Positions 9,909 to 20,304 are shown, numbered from the stretch's first letter. The stretch: DNA of 64,000 nt from Gammaproteobacteria bacterium (GCA_013151745.1 JAADHS010000012.1:4354-68353), one strand, 5' to 3'. Made by a program: numbers and translations. The notes: generated by a model not told the origin, from the sequence alone.

Positions 9909-10337
9909 ATGGTGGCAATACAGTTAGATCGGGTCAGGCTCACTAATTTAAGGTGGTTGATTCGCCAGGAAGGATCGGTAACGCAACTGGCGGCAAAGCT
10001 CACCATTTCACCCATTTACATTTTTAATGTATTAGATGGTCAGTTTACTATTGGTGATGCGCTTGCCCGAAAAATAGAAGGTATTTATGGCTATTCACGT
10101 GGTTGGATGGACGGCAGTAATGATATCAAAATCAACACCGAAACAGTGGTTCCTGTTCTAACGCTTGACCAGGCAAGACAGCCTGCACAAAATGAAGGTG
10201 GCAATGAATTGCTCTCAGATTTCATGAACACTTTCGAGGATGCCGCTGTTGAAAATGGGCTGAATTTAACACCAGAGCAAAAAGAAAAATATTTGTTGGA
10301 TATCGAGAAAAACGTTTCTGACAAAAAGCAAACATAA
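9909..10337 (+). CDS. Small XRE/Cro-like HTH protein
   Basis: 142 aa with a GGAG RBS 5 bp upstream. A helix-turn-helix-like segment (SVTQLAAKLTISPIYIFNVLDGQ..IGDALARKIEGIYG) is followed by an acidic tail. It lies 12 bp after the HDOD gene. Confidence 0.5.
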   Translation: MVAIQLDRVRLTNLRWLIRQEGSVTQLAAKLTISPIYIFNVLDGQFTIGDALARKIEGIYGYSRGWMDGSNDIKINTETVVPVLTLDQARQPAQNEGGNELLSDFMNTFEDAAVENGLNLTPEQKEKYLLDIEKNVSDKKQT

Positions 10338-10338
10338 T

Positions 10339-10563
10339 ATGAATGAAGTCAGGTTCAGATTAAATATTGCTGCACATGAATATGAAGCATACTATGCTGG
10401 CAGAGTAAAAAATGTAGTGGTCACCATGAAAAATGGAAGTCATTTACAGTTCCCTGCGTCTAATCTAAGAGCTTATTCTCGCCATGATGGTGTGCATGGC
10501 GAATTTATCCTGAAGTTTGATGACAATAATAAACTCGTTGATCTGTTGCAGCTAACAGATTGA
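10339..10563 (+). CDS. Small conserved hypothetical protein (possibly DUF2835-like)
   Basis: 74 aa, translationally coupled to the preceding ORF. The family assignment is from memory and is weak. Confidence 0.4.
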   Translation: MNEVRFRLNIAAHEYEAYYAGRVKNVVVTMKNGSHLQFPASNLRAYSRHDGVHGEFILKFDDNNKLVDLLQLTD

Positions 10564-10577
10564 ATTTCCCCCTGGTG

Positions 10578-10602
10578 CATCGTCCAACTGCGTTTTTTAG
10601 GA
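10578..10602. repeat. Repeat-family fragment F between convergent genes
   Basis: CATCGTCCAACTGCGTTTTTTAGG shares the module of copies A, C and E. Confidence 0.6.
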
Positions 10603-11685
10603 TTAAAGACTCAGCATGTTTTTAACAATTTGTTTGGCACCATCAAATGCGTCAGGTTCACAAAATACAGGGTATTTTTGCGTTGTTAATGCAGAAAATT
10701 CTGCTTGAAAATGCCCCTGAAAAAGTTGTTCGCGAGTGATGTTTTGACATAAGCCGTTAATTTTTAACCAAGAAACTAAGAATGACTCTTCTGGCCAATC
10801 GCCACGTTTCACATACAATACCGGTTTTTTATTACAGGCCGCTTCAGTAAAAATGCCATACCCTGGTTTGGTGATCACACAATCCACAGAGCATAGCAAG
10901 TCAAGATAGCTATAGGAGAATTGATCTATAGCGATTAAATCGTCACGTTTACATTCTGTTGTGTCTGGCACCAGCCATACTTGATTAGGGTAACTTGGCC
11001 ATTGATCGAAAGGAATATCGGTTTTGACCCCGCCAAGCGCAACTAGAGTTAACTGAATATTCGTTGCGTTTATCTTTTTTAGTAAATGGTCTTTAACGGA
11101 CTGACCTCGTTGAGCAATGGGGTTAACCTGTATGGCGTTTTCAAGCCAGTTCATTGGCATACAAGGCGTTATTTTGTAAAAACAGTCGGCAGCATTATAA
11201 CTATTTTGTATTTGTTGATAAATGTCGTCTGCAGTGGCGTTGTTTTTACAATAAGAATGAAAAATATCAGCCCAGTTTAGAGAGCACATTGCAATACAGG
11301 GGTAATCGCTATTTTGCGTGGCAAGCAAGGGCAAATAAGCAATATTCGAGATCAGCAAGTCGGGGGATAAGGCGTCAAAAAAAAGGTTACATGCGTGTTT
11401 TTGTTTCTCCCAATGTTGGTGTAAATTTTGATATTGGGCCATGCTTTTTTTAGCTAGAACATCAATGCTTGATGCCATCACCATGCCAAAGTCCCATGAT
11501 CGCTCTATATGCCGACAACCGGGTAGTCGTCGTTTGATGATGGTGGGTGAAATTCCGGAAACAACGGTAATTTCAGCATGGGGAATCAAGCACAGCAGTT
11601 CTTTGATCACCGGTATCGTTTGGGCTAAGTGACCCAGGCCGTGCGCAGAAACAGTAAATACGAAATGGGGTTTGTTCGAGTTCAT
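10603..11685 (-). CDS. Glycosyltransferase-like protein (GT-B/UDP-glycosyltransferase-like, MJ1255-type)
   Basis: 360 aa with an N-terminal SAHGLGH motif and two Rossmann-like halves. No family search was possible. Confidence 0.45.
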   Translation of the reverse strand: MNSNKPHFVFTVSAHGLGHLAQTIPVIKELLCLIPHAEITVVSGISPTIIKRRLPGCRHIERSWDFGMVMASSIDVLAKKSMAQYQNLHQHWEKQKHACNLFFDALSPDLLISNIAYLPLLATQNSDYPCIAMCSLNWADIFHSYCKNNATADDIYQQIQNSYNAADCFYKITPCMPMNWLENAIQVNPIAQRGQSVKDHLLKKINATNIQLTLVALGGVKTDIPFDQWPSYPNQVWLVPDTTECKRDDLIAIDQFSYSYLDLLCSVDCVITKPGYGIFTEAACNKKPVLYVKRGDWPEESFLVSWLKINGLCQNITREQLFQGHFQAEFSALTTQKYPVFCEPDAFDGAKQIVKNMLSL

Positions 11686-11824
11686 ATATCTATCCAGTGT
11701 GTGACGGATATCACATTGAGCACCTGATTAAAATGTAGGGCTAATGTACCATTTTTCGTACTTTTATACTCATCCGGGCTGGCTCTGAGTGCACTTATCC
11801 AGTAAAATAGAGGCTGTATTTTGA

Positions 11825-12295
11825 GTGGAGAATGCTATGCCAATAAATGAAAATAGGGTTCCAGAGCGCCGCATGCGTTCTGTTACAATGGTTCAAAAGC
11901 TGGTTGAAGTCCGCAGCGACATGTTAAGTCTCTATAGTGAATTAGCTGAAAGAAAACCCTATCACGATGTTGGAGACGATTTCCCCGAGGTGTTGGCTGA
12001 TTTTTGTGCCTCATTAATCGATTACACTGCTAATGCCCACTTTCAGCTATATCGGTATTTTGCAGAAAAGAAAGAAAGGCGGCAGCGTATTATTGATGTG
12101 GCGGATAAAATTTATCCGCGTATCGTTGATATTACGCAGAGCATTTTGGATTTTAATGATAAATATGATAGTGATCAACAACGGCAAAATCTATGCGACC
12201 TTGAAAAAGACTTGTCTGTTCTGGGTGAAGCTTTAGCCGAACGTATTGAGCTGGAAGATAACCTCATTGATGTCTTAAGCAGCTCTGGAAAATAA
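11825..12295 (+). CDS. rsd: Rsd/AlgQ-family regulator of sigma D (anti-sigma-70)
   Basis: 156 aa. It aligns by eye to E. coli Rsd: DDFCQSLVDYLSAGHFSIYERI against ADFCASLIDYTANAHFQLYRYF, and LSDIGEALEARFVLEDKLI against LSVLGEALAERIELEDNLI. Confidence 0.75.
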   Translation: MENAMPINENRVPERRMRSVTMVQKLVEVRSDMLSLYSELAERKPYHDVGDDFPEVLADFCASLIDYTANAHFQLYRYFAEKKERRQRIIDVADKIYPRIVDITQSILDFNDKYDSDQQRQNLCDLEKDLSVLGEALAERIELEDNLIDVLSSSGK

Positions 12296-12301
12296 GCTTG
12301 T

Positions 12302-14407
12302 GTGAAAGAACTGACGCATGAACAACTTTACCATCAATGTGACCTCAGTCAGCTTAATGTCAGCTCAACGGACGAGCTGAATACCTTTGATGATATTCTG
12401 GGGCAGGCCAGGGCGCTGCAAGCTATTCAATTTGGTGTTGGTATGCCTCATGACGGCTATAATATCTTTGCTCTGGGTTCTCAGGGTGTGGGTAAAAAGA
12501 CGTTAATTTCTCGTACTCTTCGTCGTGAAAAAAAATCAGTGGCACATCGCACACTGCGAGACTGGTGCTATGTACATAATTTTTTAGTCCCTCATCAACC
12601 CTCAAAACTTTCTTTTCCTTGTGGTCAAGCCCATGTTTTTAAGGCTACCTTCGGTGCTGTAATGAAAGCACTTGATGCTGCGATTCCGGCTTTAGTTAAT
12701 GATGCTGACTATCACGTGCAGGTGAATTCTTTTTTTCAAAAGTTGAGAAAGAAGCATGAAGATTCGTCAGAGGTCAGTCACTATCTTAGTGCAGTAGTCA
12801 ACGATGTATTAAAAAACACCGAAGACTTTGTCAGAGATTACGGCTCGGGTAAAAATGAGTATGAACCATGTCACTTAAAAATTCGCTACCGAGTTAATGT
12901 TATCGTTGAACATGAGGCGCAGTCAGAATTGCCGGTTATTTATGAAGATTATCCGTCTTATCATAATTTGATTGGTTTTTTTGATCAGACCTCGGTGATG
13001 GGTGCGGTTTCTACCGATTTTACTTTGATCCGACCTGGTGCGCTACATCAAGCTAACGGTGGCTATCTGGTTCTTGATGCACTAAATTTATTACAATCTC
13101 CGCACGCCTGGGCGGCGTTAAAGCAGGCTTTGCGAAGTAAGAAAATTCGTATTGAGTCGTTAAATAAAGTGCATAATTTAAGCTGTAATGTTTCTATTGA
13201 CCCAGAAGTGATCCCATTAGACATAAAGATAATATTAATGGGGGAGCGCTCTGTTTATTACTCAATTTATGAAGAAGATAGGGATGTTGCTGAACTATTC
13301 AAAGTGATAGCTGATTGTAACGATACTTTGGCATGGACTGTGGAGAATGAAAAAAATTATATTCAATTAATAGTCAGGCTTATAAGGGACAATAAACTGC
13401 TTCCTTTTTCTATGGCGGCGGTGGGTAGAATAGTCGAAGCAAGTGCGCGGTGTGCCGGTTCCAGTCGTAAACTCTCTGTTCATATGGGTGTGATTCAAGA
13501 TTTATTATTCGAATCGAATTATTGGGCTCAACAAAATAAAAATAAAATCGTCGATAAAAAACATGTGATCGAAGCTTTGGATCAGCAGACCTTTCGCGGT
13601 AACCGGGCAAAAATAGAATATCAAGATGAAATGCTTCATCATGATATTTTAATCGACGTCCGTGGTGAGCGTGTGGGCACCCTGAATGCATTGACTATTG
13701 TAGAGAATGGCGGTATTGGTTTTGGTGTACCTTGTCGCATTACCGGGGTGACTCGTTTAGGCGAGGGAGAAATTATCAATATTGAACGTGAAATCGATAT
13801 GAGTGGTGCTATCCATTCCAAAGGTGTTTCTATATTGAGCGCATTCATCGGTTCCCGGTTTGGACAACAACAATGGTTATCTTTTTCTGCCAGCCTGGTT
13901 TTTGAGCAGCTGTACAATGAAATAGATGGCGACAGTGCCTCTTTGGCTGAGCTTTGTGTCTTATTCTCCTCTTTAGCTCTGACGCCATTCAAGCAAAGTA
14001 TTGCGATAACCGGGTCAGTTAATCAACATGGTGAGGTACAAGTTATTGGCGGTGTAAATCAAAAAATTGAAGGTTTTTTTGATTTATGTCAAGAACGAGG
14101 CTTGACGGGTGAACAAGGCGTTATTATTCCCTGTGCTAATGTGACTGATCTTATGCTGCATGATCACCTGATTGAATCTGTGAAAGCTCGTCAATTTCAT
14201 ATTTATCCGGTGAGTTGTGTTGATGATGCTCTGGAAATACTGAGTGGCCTAGTTAGTGTCGCAATGACCGAAAATGGTGAATACGTACCCGACACCCTTC
14301 ATTATTTGATTCATCAGCGTTTGAAAAAATATACCGAATATCGACATGAACATGGTATAGCAGGAAAACAAAGTGACGCAGATGACACAGATTCGCTTTA
14401 TCCCTGA
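12302..14407 (+). CDS. Lon-like ATP-dependent protease (YcbZ/AsrA-type AAA+ with Lon C-terminal proteolytic domain)
   Basis: 701 aa with a GTG start. Walker A GSQGVGKKT, and a C-terminal Lon protease S16-like region (..ITGSVNQHGEVQVIGGVNQKIEGFFD..). Confidence 0.75.
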   Translation: MKELTHEQLYHQCDLSQLNVSSTDELNTFDDILGQARALQAIQFGVGMPHDGYNIFALGSQGVGKKTLISRTLRREKKSVAHRTLRDWCYVHNFLVPHQPSKLSFPCGQAHVFKATFGAVMKALDAAIPALVNDADYHVQVNSFFQKLRKKHEDSSEVSHYLSAVVNDVLKNTEDFVRDYGSGKNEYEPCHLKIRYRVNVIVEHEAQSELPVIYEDYPSYHNLIGFFDQTSVMGAVSTDFTLIRPGALHQANGGYLVLDALNLLQSPHAWAALKQALRSKKIRIESLNKVHNLSCNVSIDPEVIPLDIKIILMGERSVYYSIYEEDRDVAELFKVIADCNDTLAWTVENEKNYIQLIVRLIRDNKLLPFSMAAVGRIVEASARCAGSSRKLSVHMGVIQDLLFESNYWAQQNKNKIVDKKHVIEALDQQTFRGNRAKIEYQDEMLHHDILIDVRGERVGTLNALTIVENGGIGFGVPCRITGVTRLGEGEIINIEREIDMSGAIHSKGVSILSAFIGSRFGQQQWLSFSASLVFEQLYNEIDGDSASLAELCVLFSSLALTPFKQSIAITGSVNQHGEVQVIGGVNQKIEGFFDLCQERGLTGEQGVIIPCANVTDLMLHDHLIESVKARQFHIYPVSCVDDALEILSGLVSVAMTENGEYVPDTLHYLIHQRLKKYTEYRHEHGIAGKQSDADDTDSLYP

Positions 14408-14419
14408 CAGGTATACAGG

Positions 14420-16630
14420 ATGGTTACAACAGTACAAAAAATACCCGATTTTTTAAAAAATAAAACCATAAGCTGTGAAAATTGGTTCGATACCTTTGAG
14501 GTTGAGTATTCACAAGAAGAGTTAGCTGCGCTTCGCCATGCCTATCATTTATCAGAGAAGTTTTGTTCCGGTATCAGCTCGATAACGGGAGAACCTGCCT
14601 TTCATTATGCCTTGGCAGTGACTGCCATTCTGATTAAAATAAAATTAGATTACCAAACTTTGATCGCTGCCCTTCTTTATGAAACCGCGGTTCATACTGA
14701 GCTCAGTATGAATGACATTCGACAAGGCTGTGGCAAAGATATTGCCAGGTTAGTTGAAGGCGTTGAAAAAATGGATGCGATTCATTTTATACAGATGGAG
14801 CCACAGGAAGCGTTCAACGATGCCGCTCACGCAGAGATGCTTCGTAAAATGTTGCTGGCTATGGTCGAAGATGTACGCGTTGTTCTCGTGAAACTGGCTG
14901 ACCGTGTGCAGTGTATGCGTACCTTGCCTTCAACTTCCGTACCGTATCAAGATTTAGTGGCCAGAGAGACTTTGGATTTGTTTGCGCCATTAGCCAATCG
15001 TTTGGGTATTTGGCAAATGAAATGGGAGCTGGAAGACTTGGCGTTCCGTTATATCAACCCTGATTTGTATAAAAAAATTGCTCGCCTGTTAAATGAAAAA
15101 CGAATTGATCGAGAAAAATATATAGGAAAATTTACGACGATACTAGATAACGAACTTAAAAACCTGGGTCTCGAAGCCAGCGTAACAGGGCGTCCTAAAC
15201 ACATTTATAGTATTTATAAAAAAATGACGCGTAAGGAAGTGGATTATAGTCAAATTTATGATGTCAGGGCGGCCCGGGTTATGGTCAAAGAACTCAAAGA
15301 CTGTTATGCCGTTTTAGGTGTTGTGCATAGTTTATGGCAATATATTCCAGGTGAATTTGATGACTATATTGCGACGCCAAAAGATAATGATTATCGATCT
15401 CTACATACGGCTGTGATGGGTCCGTTCGGGAAAACAGTCGAGGTACAAATTCGTACCTATGATATGCATCAACACTCTGAGTATGGTGTCGCAGCGCACT
15501 GGCAATATAAAGAAGGAGGGCCAAGAGAAGGGCGTTTTGAAGAAAAAATAGCCTGGCTAAGACATCTTTTGGAATGGAAAGATGAAGTGAATGATTTAAG
15601 TGATTTTGTTGAAAAAGTAAAAACCGATGTTTTTGCAGACCGAGTTTATGTTTTTACGCCAAACGGTGATGTTATTGATTTACCTAGTGGTTCGACTCCC
15701 TTGGATTTTGCTTATTATATTCATAGTGAGGTGGGTCATCGTTGTCGGGGAGCTAAAGTAAACGGTCGTATGGTGCCCTTAACCTATACCTTGAAAAATG
15801 GTGAAAAGGTAGACATTCTCACCGTAAAACATGGCGAGCCGAGTCGAGACTGGTTAAACAAGCATTCAGGCTATTTGACTTCGGCAAAAGCACGATCAAA
15901 AGTGAGCCACTGGTTCAAGCAACAAAATATTGAGAAAACAGTGGCCTCTGGGCGGAATGCCATAGAAAAAGAAATGGATCGATTGGGGTTAAATTCATTA
16001 GGCCTTGAGCGACTCAGTAAAGCAATGGATTTGCGTCCTGAGGCACTGTATGCCGCTGTAGGCCGGAATGACATTCGTTTGGGACGGGTTACCCAGGTCG
16101 CAGAAAAATTATTAGGTCGCAGTGAAAAAAAGCAACAAGCTTTGCCCATGCCCCAACGAAAAAGCGCAAAAATACAAGAAAAAACGGATATTCAAATCTG
16201 TGGTGTAGGTCATCTGCTAACCCGAATATCGCGATGCTGTAAACCCGTTCCTGGTGATGAGGTCATTGGTTATATCACCCGAGGAAGAGGTGTTGCCATA
16301 CATCGAACAGATTGCCTTCATGTGTTACGTTATCATTCTACTTCACCAGAGCGACTAATTGAGGTTGGTTGGGGACATGAAAATGAAAAAACTTATCCAG
16401 TCGGCATTGCCGTGACGGCCTATGATCGCTCCGGGTTATTACGGGACATCTCTGCAGTGTTGGCCAATGAAGGTATTAATGTGTTGTCTGTAGACACACA
16501 CTCCATTGCTAAATCACATATGGCGCAAATGAATTTAATTTTAGAGGTCAGCGATTTGGAAAAATTAAGTCGTATTTTAGAAAAAATAACACAGTTACCT
16601 AATGTGGTGAGAGCAAGGCGAAAAAGATAA
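14420..16630 (+). CDS. relA: GTP pyrophosphokinase, (p)ppGpp synthetase I
   Basis: 736 aa. Degenerate HD hydrolase region (LLYETAVHT rather than HD..ED), an intact synthetase domain (RAARVMVKELKDCYAVLG), TGS and C-terminal ACT domains. Confidence 0.9.
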   Translation: MVTTVQKIPDFLKNKTISCENWFDTFEVEYSQEELAALRHAYHLSEKFCSGISSITGEPAFHYALAVTAILIKIKLDYQTLIAALLYETAVHTELSMNDIRQGCGKDIARLVEGVEKMDAIHFIQMEPQEAFNDAAHAEMLRKMLLAMVEDVRVVLVKLADRVQCMRTLPSTSVPYQDLVARETLDLFAPLANRLGIWQMKWELEDLAFRYINPDLYKKIARLLNEKRIDREKYIGKFTTILDNELKNLGLEASVTGRPKHIYSIYKKMTRKEVDYSQIYDVRAARVMVKELKDCYAVLGVVHSLWQYIPGEFDDYIATPKDNDYRSLHTAVMGPFGKTVEVQIRTYDMHQHSEYGVAAHWQYKEGGPREGRFEEKIAWLRHLLEWKDEVNDLSDFVEKVKTDVFADRVYVFTPNGDVIDLPSGSTPLDFAYYIHSEVGHRCRGAKVNGRMVPLTYTLKNGEKVDILTVKHGEPSRDWLNKHSGYLTSAKARSKVSHWFKQQNIEKTVASGRNAIEKEMDRLGLNSLGLERLSKAMDLRPEALYAAVGRNDIRLGRVTQVAEKLLGRSEKKQQALPMPQRKSAKIQEKTDIQICGVGHLLTRISRCCKPVPGDEVIGYITRGRGVAIHRTDCLHVLRYHSTSPERLIEVGWGHENEKTYPVGIAVTAYDRSGLLRDISAVLANEGINVLSVDTHSIAKSHMAQMNLILEVSDLEKLSRILEKITQLPNVVRARRKR

Positions 16631-17265
16631 TGTCAGTTTTTGATCTGAATTGTAAAAAATGTGCTCGGTTGTCTGATTTTCTTGAAAGTTTAAGGCAGGA
16701 CTATCCAGATTACCATAATCTACCGGTTGCTCCTTTTGGGGTCAAGCAGCCCCAATTACTAGTCGTGGGTTTGGCGCCGGGTATGCATGGTGCCAATGCG
16801 ACAGGGCGGCCGTTTACTGGGGATCATGCTGGTATTTTGTTGTATGAAACCTTGTATCAATATGGCTTCAGCATTGCGCCCGTATCTGTTTCGAAAGTGG
16901 ATGGTTTGAAATTAATCCAGTGTTGTATTACTAATGCGGTTAAGTGTTTACCGCCGGAAAATAAACCCACTACACCGGAGATTCACGAGTGTAATCAATT
17001 TTTACGTCATGAAATTAAAGCGATAAAAAAGGGTGCAGTGATTCTTGCCTTGGGTACGATTGCTCATAAGGCAGTACTGCGTGCTTTTGATTGCAAACAA
17101 AGTCAATACAAGTTTGCTCATGGCGCTCAATATCAATTGGACAATAATTTTATTTTGCTCGACTCTTACCATTGTAGTCGTTATAACACGCAAACGAAGC
17201 GTCTGACCACTGACATGTTTCAGCAAATATTTCAGCAAGCGCGAACAATTATTGATGCGTTTTGA
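16630..17265 (+). CDS. Uracil-DNA glycosylase superfamily protein (family 4/5 type)
   Basis: 211 aa with GLAPG..G...G.PFTG and HPS-like motifs. Confidence 0.7.
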   Translation: MSVFDLNCKKCARLSDFLESLRQDYPDYHNLPVAPFGVKQPQLLVVGLAPGMHGANATGRPFTGDHAGILLYETLYQYGFSIAPVSVSKVDGLKLIQCCITNAVKCLPPENKPTTPEIHECNQFLRHEIKAIKKGAVILALGTIAHKAVLRAFDCKQSQYKFAHGAQYQLDNNFILLDSYHCSRYNTQTKRLTTDMFQQIFQQARTIIDAF

Positions 17266-19078
17266 CAGCGCCGCTTTTCTTGGTCAATTGACCACCCGCC
17301 CCGGTATCTATCAAATGCAAGATGCGAAGGGCGATGTTTTGTACGTAGGGAAAGCAAAAAATCTAAAAAAAAGGGTGGGAAGTTATTTTTCGGGCCAGCC
17401 TTTGCCGACTAAAACCATGATGATGGTGAAGCAAATAGTCAATATAGAAGTCATTGTCACTCATACCGAAAGTGAGGCATTATTGCTTGAAAACAACCTG
17501 ATTAAGGAATATAAACCAAAATATAATATCTTGCTGCGAGATGATAAAAGTTTTCCGTATTTGTTTATCTCAACAGAACACGCGTTCCCGCGTTTGAGTT
17601 TTCATCGTGGTGCAAAAAGAAAAAAAGGCCGCTATTTTGGCCCTTACCCGAGTGCGGGTGCGGTCAGAGACAGTTTGCAGCTTTTGCAAAAAGTATTTCC
17701 TGTACGTCAGTGTGAAGATAGTTTTTATCAAAATCGTTCTCGACCTTGTCTCCAATATCAAATAAAACGGTGCGCCGCGCCTTGTGTTGATTTGATTAGC
17801 CAGGAAGCTTACCAGGCGGATGTTAATCATACGATTCTATTTTTAGAAGGAAAAAGTCAGCAGCTTATAGAGCAGCTTATTAAGACCATGAATAGTGCGG
17901 CAGCAGCATTGCGCTATGAAATCGCGGCTCGTTATCGCGATCAAATAGCGCAGTTGCGCCGGGTGTCTGAGAAGCAGTATATCTCTGGAAATGGAGGGGA
18001 TATTGATGTGGTTGCCTGCGTGTCCGAAGGAGGGATGGCCTGCGTTCAGGTCTTTTTTATTCGTAGTGGACGTAATTTGGGTAGTAAGACTTTTTTTCCA
18101 AGGCAGGCTAAAAATGCGACTGCTGGGGATGTACTTGCCGCTTTTTTGCCCCAATACTACCTAGGCAAACCCCCGCCTTCAGAAATTATTATTAACTGTG
18201 TCTTGGCTGATGAAATGCTTTTGTCCGATGTGCTTGGTGAGCAGGCTGGGTATAAGGTTATAGTGAAGTCTAGAGTGCGCAGTGAGCGTGCTCGTTGGTT
18301 GACTATGGCAGCAGACAATGCCAGAGAATCAATTGCAATGCAGCTGACTAGTCGTGCAGGAAGTCAAAAACGACTTGAGGCACTGCAAGAGGTATTAAAG
18401 CTCGACGAATTGCCACAGCGACTGGAATGTTTTGATATCAGCCATACTCAAGGAGAGGAGACGGTGGCCTCGTGTGTGGTTTTTGAAATGGGCGAGCCCT
18501 ATAAAAGTGATTATCGCCGCTTTAATATCAAAAATATTACTCTGGGAGACGATTACGCGGCGATGCGCCAAGCTTTAAAAAGACGTTATCAACGGCTTAA
18601 AGAAGAATCTGCCAAACTGCCTGATATTTTGTTTATTGATGGCGGCAAAGGGCAGCTTAACATTGCAAAAGCGGTTCTTGAGGAAGTGCAATTGAGTGGG
18701 GTAATGTTAATCGGCGTGTCAAAAGGAGAGGGGCGAAAACCCGGCCTAGAAACATTACATATTGAAAGGTTTGAAAGTGGGGTAAAGCTGCCGGCTGATT
18801 CGCCTGCTTTGCATCTTGTGCAGCAGATACGTGATGAAGCGCATCGTTTTGCGATTACGGGTCATCGCCAGCGCCGTGCTAAAATACGGACGACCTCTAC
18901 CCTGGAAGGTGTTCCTGGGTTAGGCCCTAAAAGAAGAAGACTCTTATTGAGCCATTTTGGTGGCCTCCAAGAGGTTATGCGTGCTGGCATCGATGATCTT
19001 GCGGGTGTGCCGGGTATCAGTCGTCAATTGGCACAAAAAATATATGATTTTTTCCACGTAGAGAGGACTGGTTCGTAG
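17252..19078 (+). CDS. uvrC: Excinuclease ABC subunit C
   Basis: 608 aa. GIY-YIG N-terminus (GIYQMQDAKGDVLYVGKAKNLKKR), UvrBC and RNase H-like domains, and a C-terminal HhH. Confidence 0.95.
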   Translation: MMRFDSAAFLGQLTTRPGIYQMQDAKGDVLYVGKAKNLKKRVGSYFSGQPLPTKTMMMVKQIVNIEVIVTHTESEALLLENNLIKEYKPKYNILLRDDKSFPYLFISTEHAFPRLSFHRGAKRKKGRYFGPYPSAGAVRDSLQLLQKVFPVRQCEDSFYQNRSRPCLQYQIKRCAAPCVDLISQEAYQADVNHTILFLEGKSQQLIEQLIKTMNSAAAALRYEIAARYRDQIAQLRRVSEKQYISGNGGDIDVVACVSEGGMACVQVFFIRSGRNLGSKTFFPRQAKNATAGDVLAAFLPQYYLGKPPPSEIIINCVLADEMLLSDVLGEQAGYKVIVKSRVRSERARWLTMAADNARESIAMQLTSRAGSQKRLEALQEVLKLDELPQRLECFDISHTQGEETVASCVVFEMGEPYKSDYRRFNIKNITLGDDYAAMRQALKRRYQRLKEESAKLPDILFIDGGKGQLNIAKAVLEEVQLSGVMLIGVSKGEGRKPGLETLHIERFESGVKLPADSPALHLVQQIRDEAHRFAITGHRQRRAKIRTTSTLEGVPGLGPKRRRLLLSHFGGLQEVMRAGIDDLAGVPGISRQLAQKIYDFFHVERTGS

Positions 19079-19079
19079 C

Positions 19080-19649
19080 ATGTTTACTTTGCCAACAATG
19101 TTAACGTTTGCAAGAATTGGGTTGATTCCTGTTTTTATTGTCGTTTTTTTTCTGCCTTACGAATGGTCACATGTTGCAACTGCGTTAATTTTTGGCTTAG
19201 CCTCCATTACGGACTGGGTTGATGGTTATCTCGCCCGAAAATGGGACCAAACTTCTGCATTTGGCGCTTTTTTAGATCCCGTTGCAGATAAGTTGATGGT
19301 GGCTGTGATCCTGGTTTTATTGGTTCAGGCGAACCCAACGCCTCTGTTGGCCATTCCTGCTGCGGTGATTATTTGTCGAGAAATTGCTGTCTCTGCATTG
19401 CGGGAATGGATGGCTGAAATTGGTGAAAGAACTCAAGTGTCAGTCTCGACAATGGGGAAATACAAAACAACTTTTCAAATGATTGCTTTGTTCATGCTTC
19501 TATATAGTCAGGATATTTTAGGGTTACCGACGAAGGTATTGGGGTTAATTATGCTGTATATTGCTGCAGCGCTCACCTTGTGGTCAATGATTGTCTATAT
19601 GCGTGCAGCATGGCCAATTTTACTGGCGAACAATGAGACTAAAGGCTGA
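19080..19649 (+). CDS. pgsA: CDP-diacylglycerol--glycerol-3-phosphate 3-phosphatidyltransferase
   Basis: 189 aa with the CDP-alcohol phosphatidyltransferase motif DxxDGxxAR (ITDWVDGYLARKW). Confidence 0.9.
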   Translation: MFTLPTMLTFARIGLIPVFIVVFFLPYEWSHVATALIFGLASITDWVDGYLARKWDQTSAFGAFLDPVADKLMVAVILVLLVQANPTPLLAIPAAVIICREIAVSALREWMAEIGERTQVSVSTMGKYKTTFQMIALFMLLYSQDILGLPTKVLGLIMLYIAAALTLWSMIVYMRAAWPILLANNETKG

Positions 19650-19765
19650 AAGTTGTGTAGTTACGTAGATAACTGATTGATTATAAAGAAAGTTTATTCT
19701 ATTGTCATGTTTGCTCTTGACAGATTTTTGTTTGCGATTAGAATACCTACTTCTTGAGAAGTAGT

Positions 19766-19841
<76 letters not shown>

Positions 19842-20035
19842 ATTCTCAAATATGCCTGTGGCGTTTGAGATTTAGGTATTATGTCAATCCTGTTTATTTC
19901 ATGGTAAGGCGAAATGACGAGGTGTAGTAGCCCGCTATGACTAGGGGTTTCAACGCAGCCATAGCATGAAGAGGGCTGTAATTAAATCTAAATCTCAGGT
20001 GCCATGGGCATAGGCTAGTAAATGAGTGGATATCG

Positions 20036-20109
20036 GGCTGGGTGGCAGAGTGGCTATGCAGCGGCCTGCAAAGCCGTGGACGCCGGTTCGATTCCGGCCC
20101 CAGCCTCCA
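20036..20109 (+). tRNA. tRNA-Cys (anticodon GCA)
   Basis: 74 nt: acceptor GGCTGGG/CCCAGCC, anticodon loop CCTGCAAAG, GGTTCGATTCC T-loop, CCA. Confidence 0.9.
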
Positions 20110-20217
20110 ATCACTTGTAGCGTTACCTTGTGTAATTTATCGATTATTGTTTAGGGTTCTTGCTTACGGATAAAAAACAAGCAAGAGGGTCTATTTTTAA
20201 CAGCCATCACCTGCTAT

Positions 20218-20304
20218 GCCCGGGTGGCGAAATTGGTAGACGCAAGGGACTTAAAATCCCTCGGAGGAAACTCCGTGCCGGTTCGATTCCGGCCCCGGGC
20301 ACCA
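20218..20304 (+). tRNA. tRNA-Leu (anticodon TAA), with long variable arm
   Basis: 87 nt: acceptor GCCCGGG/CCCGGGC, anticodon loop ACTTAAAAT, extended variable arm, GGTTCGATTCC, CCA. Confidence 0.9.
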
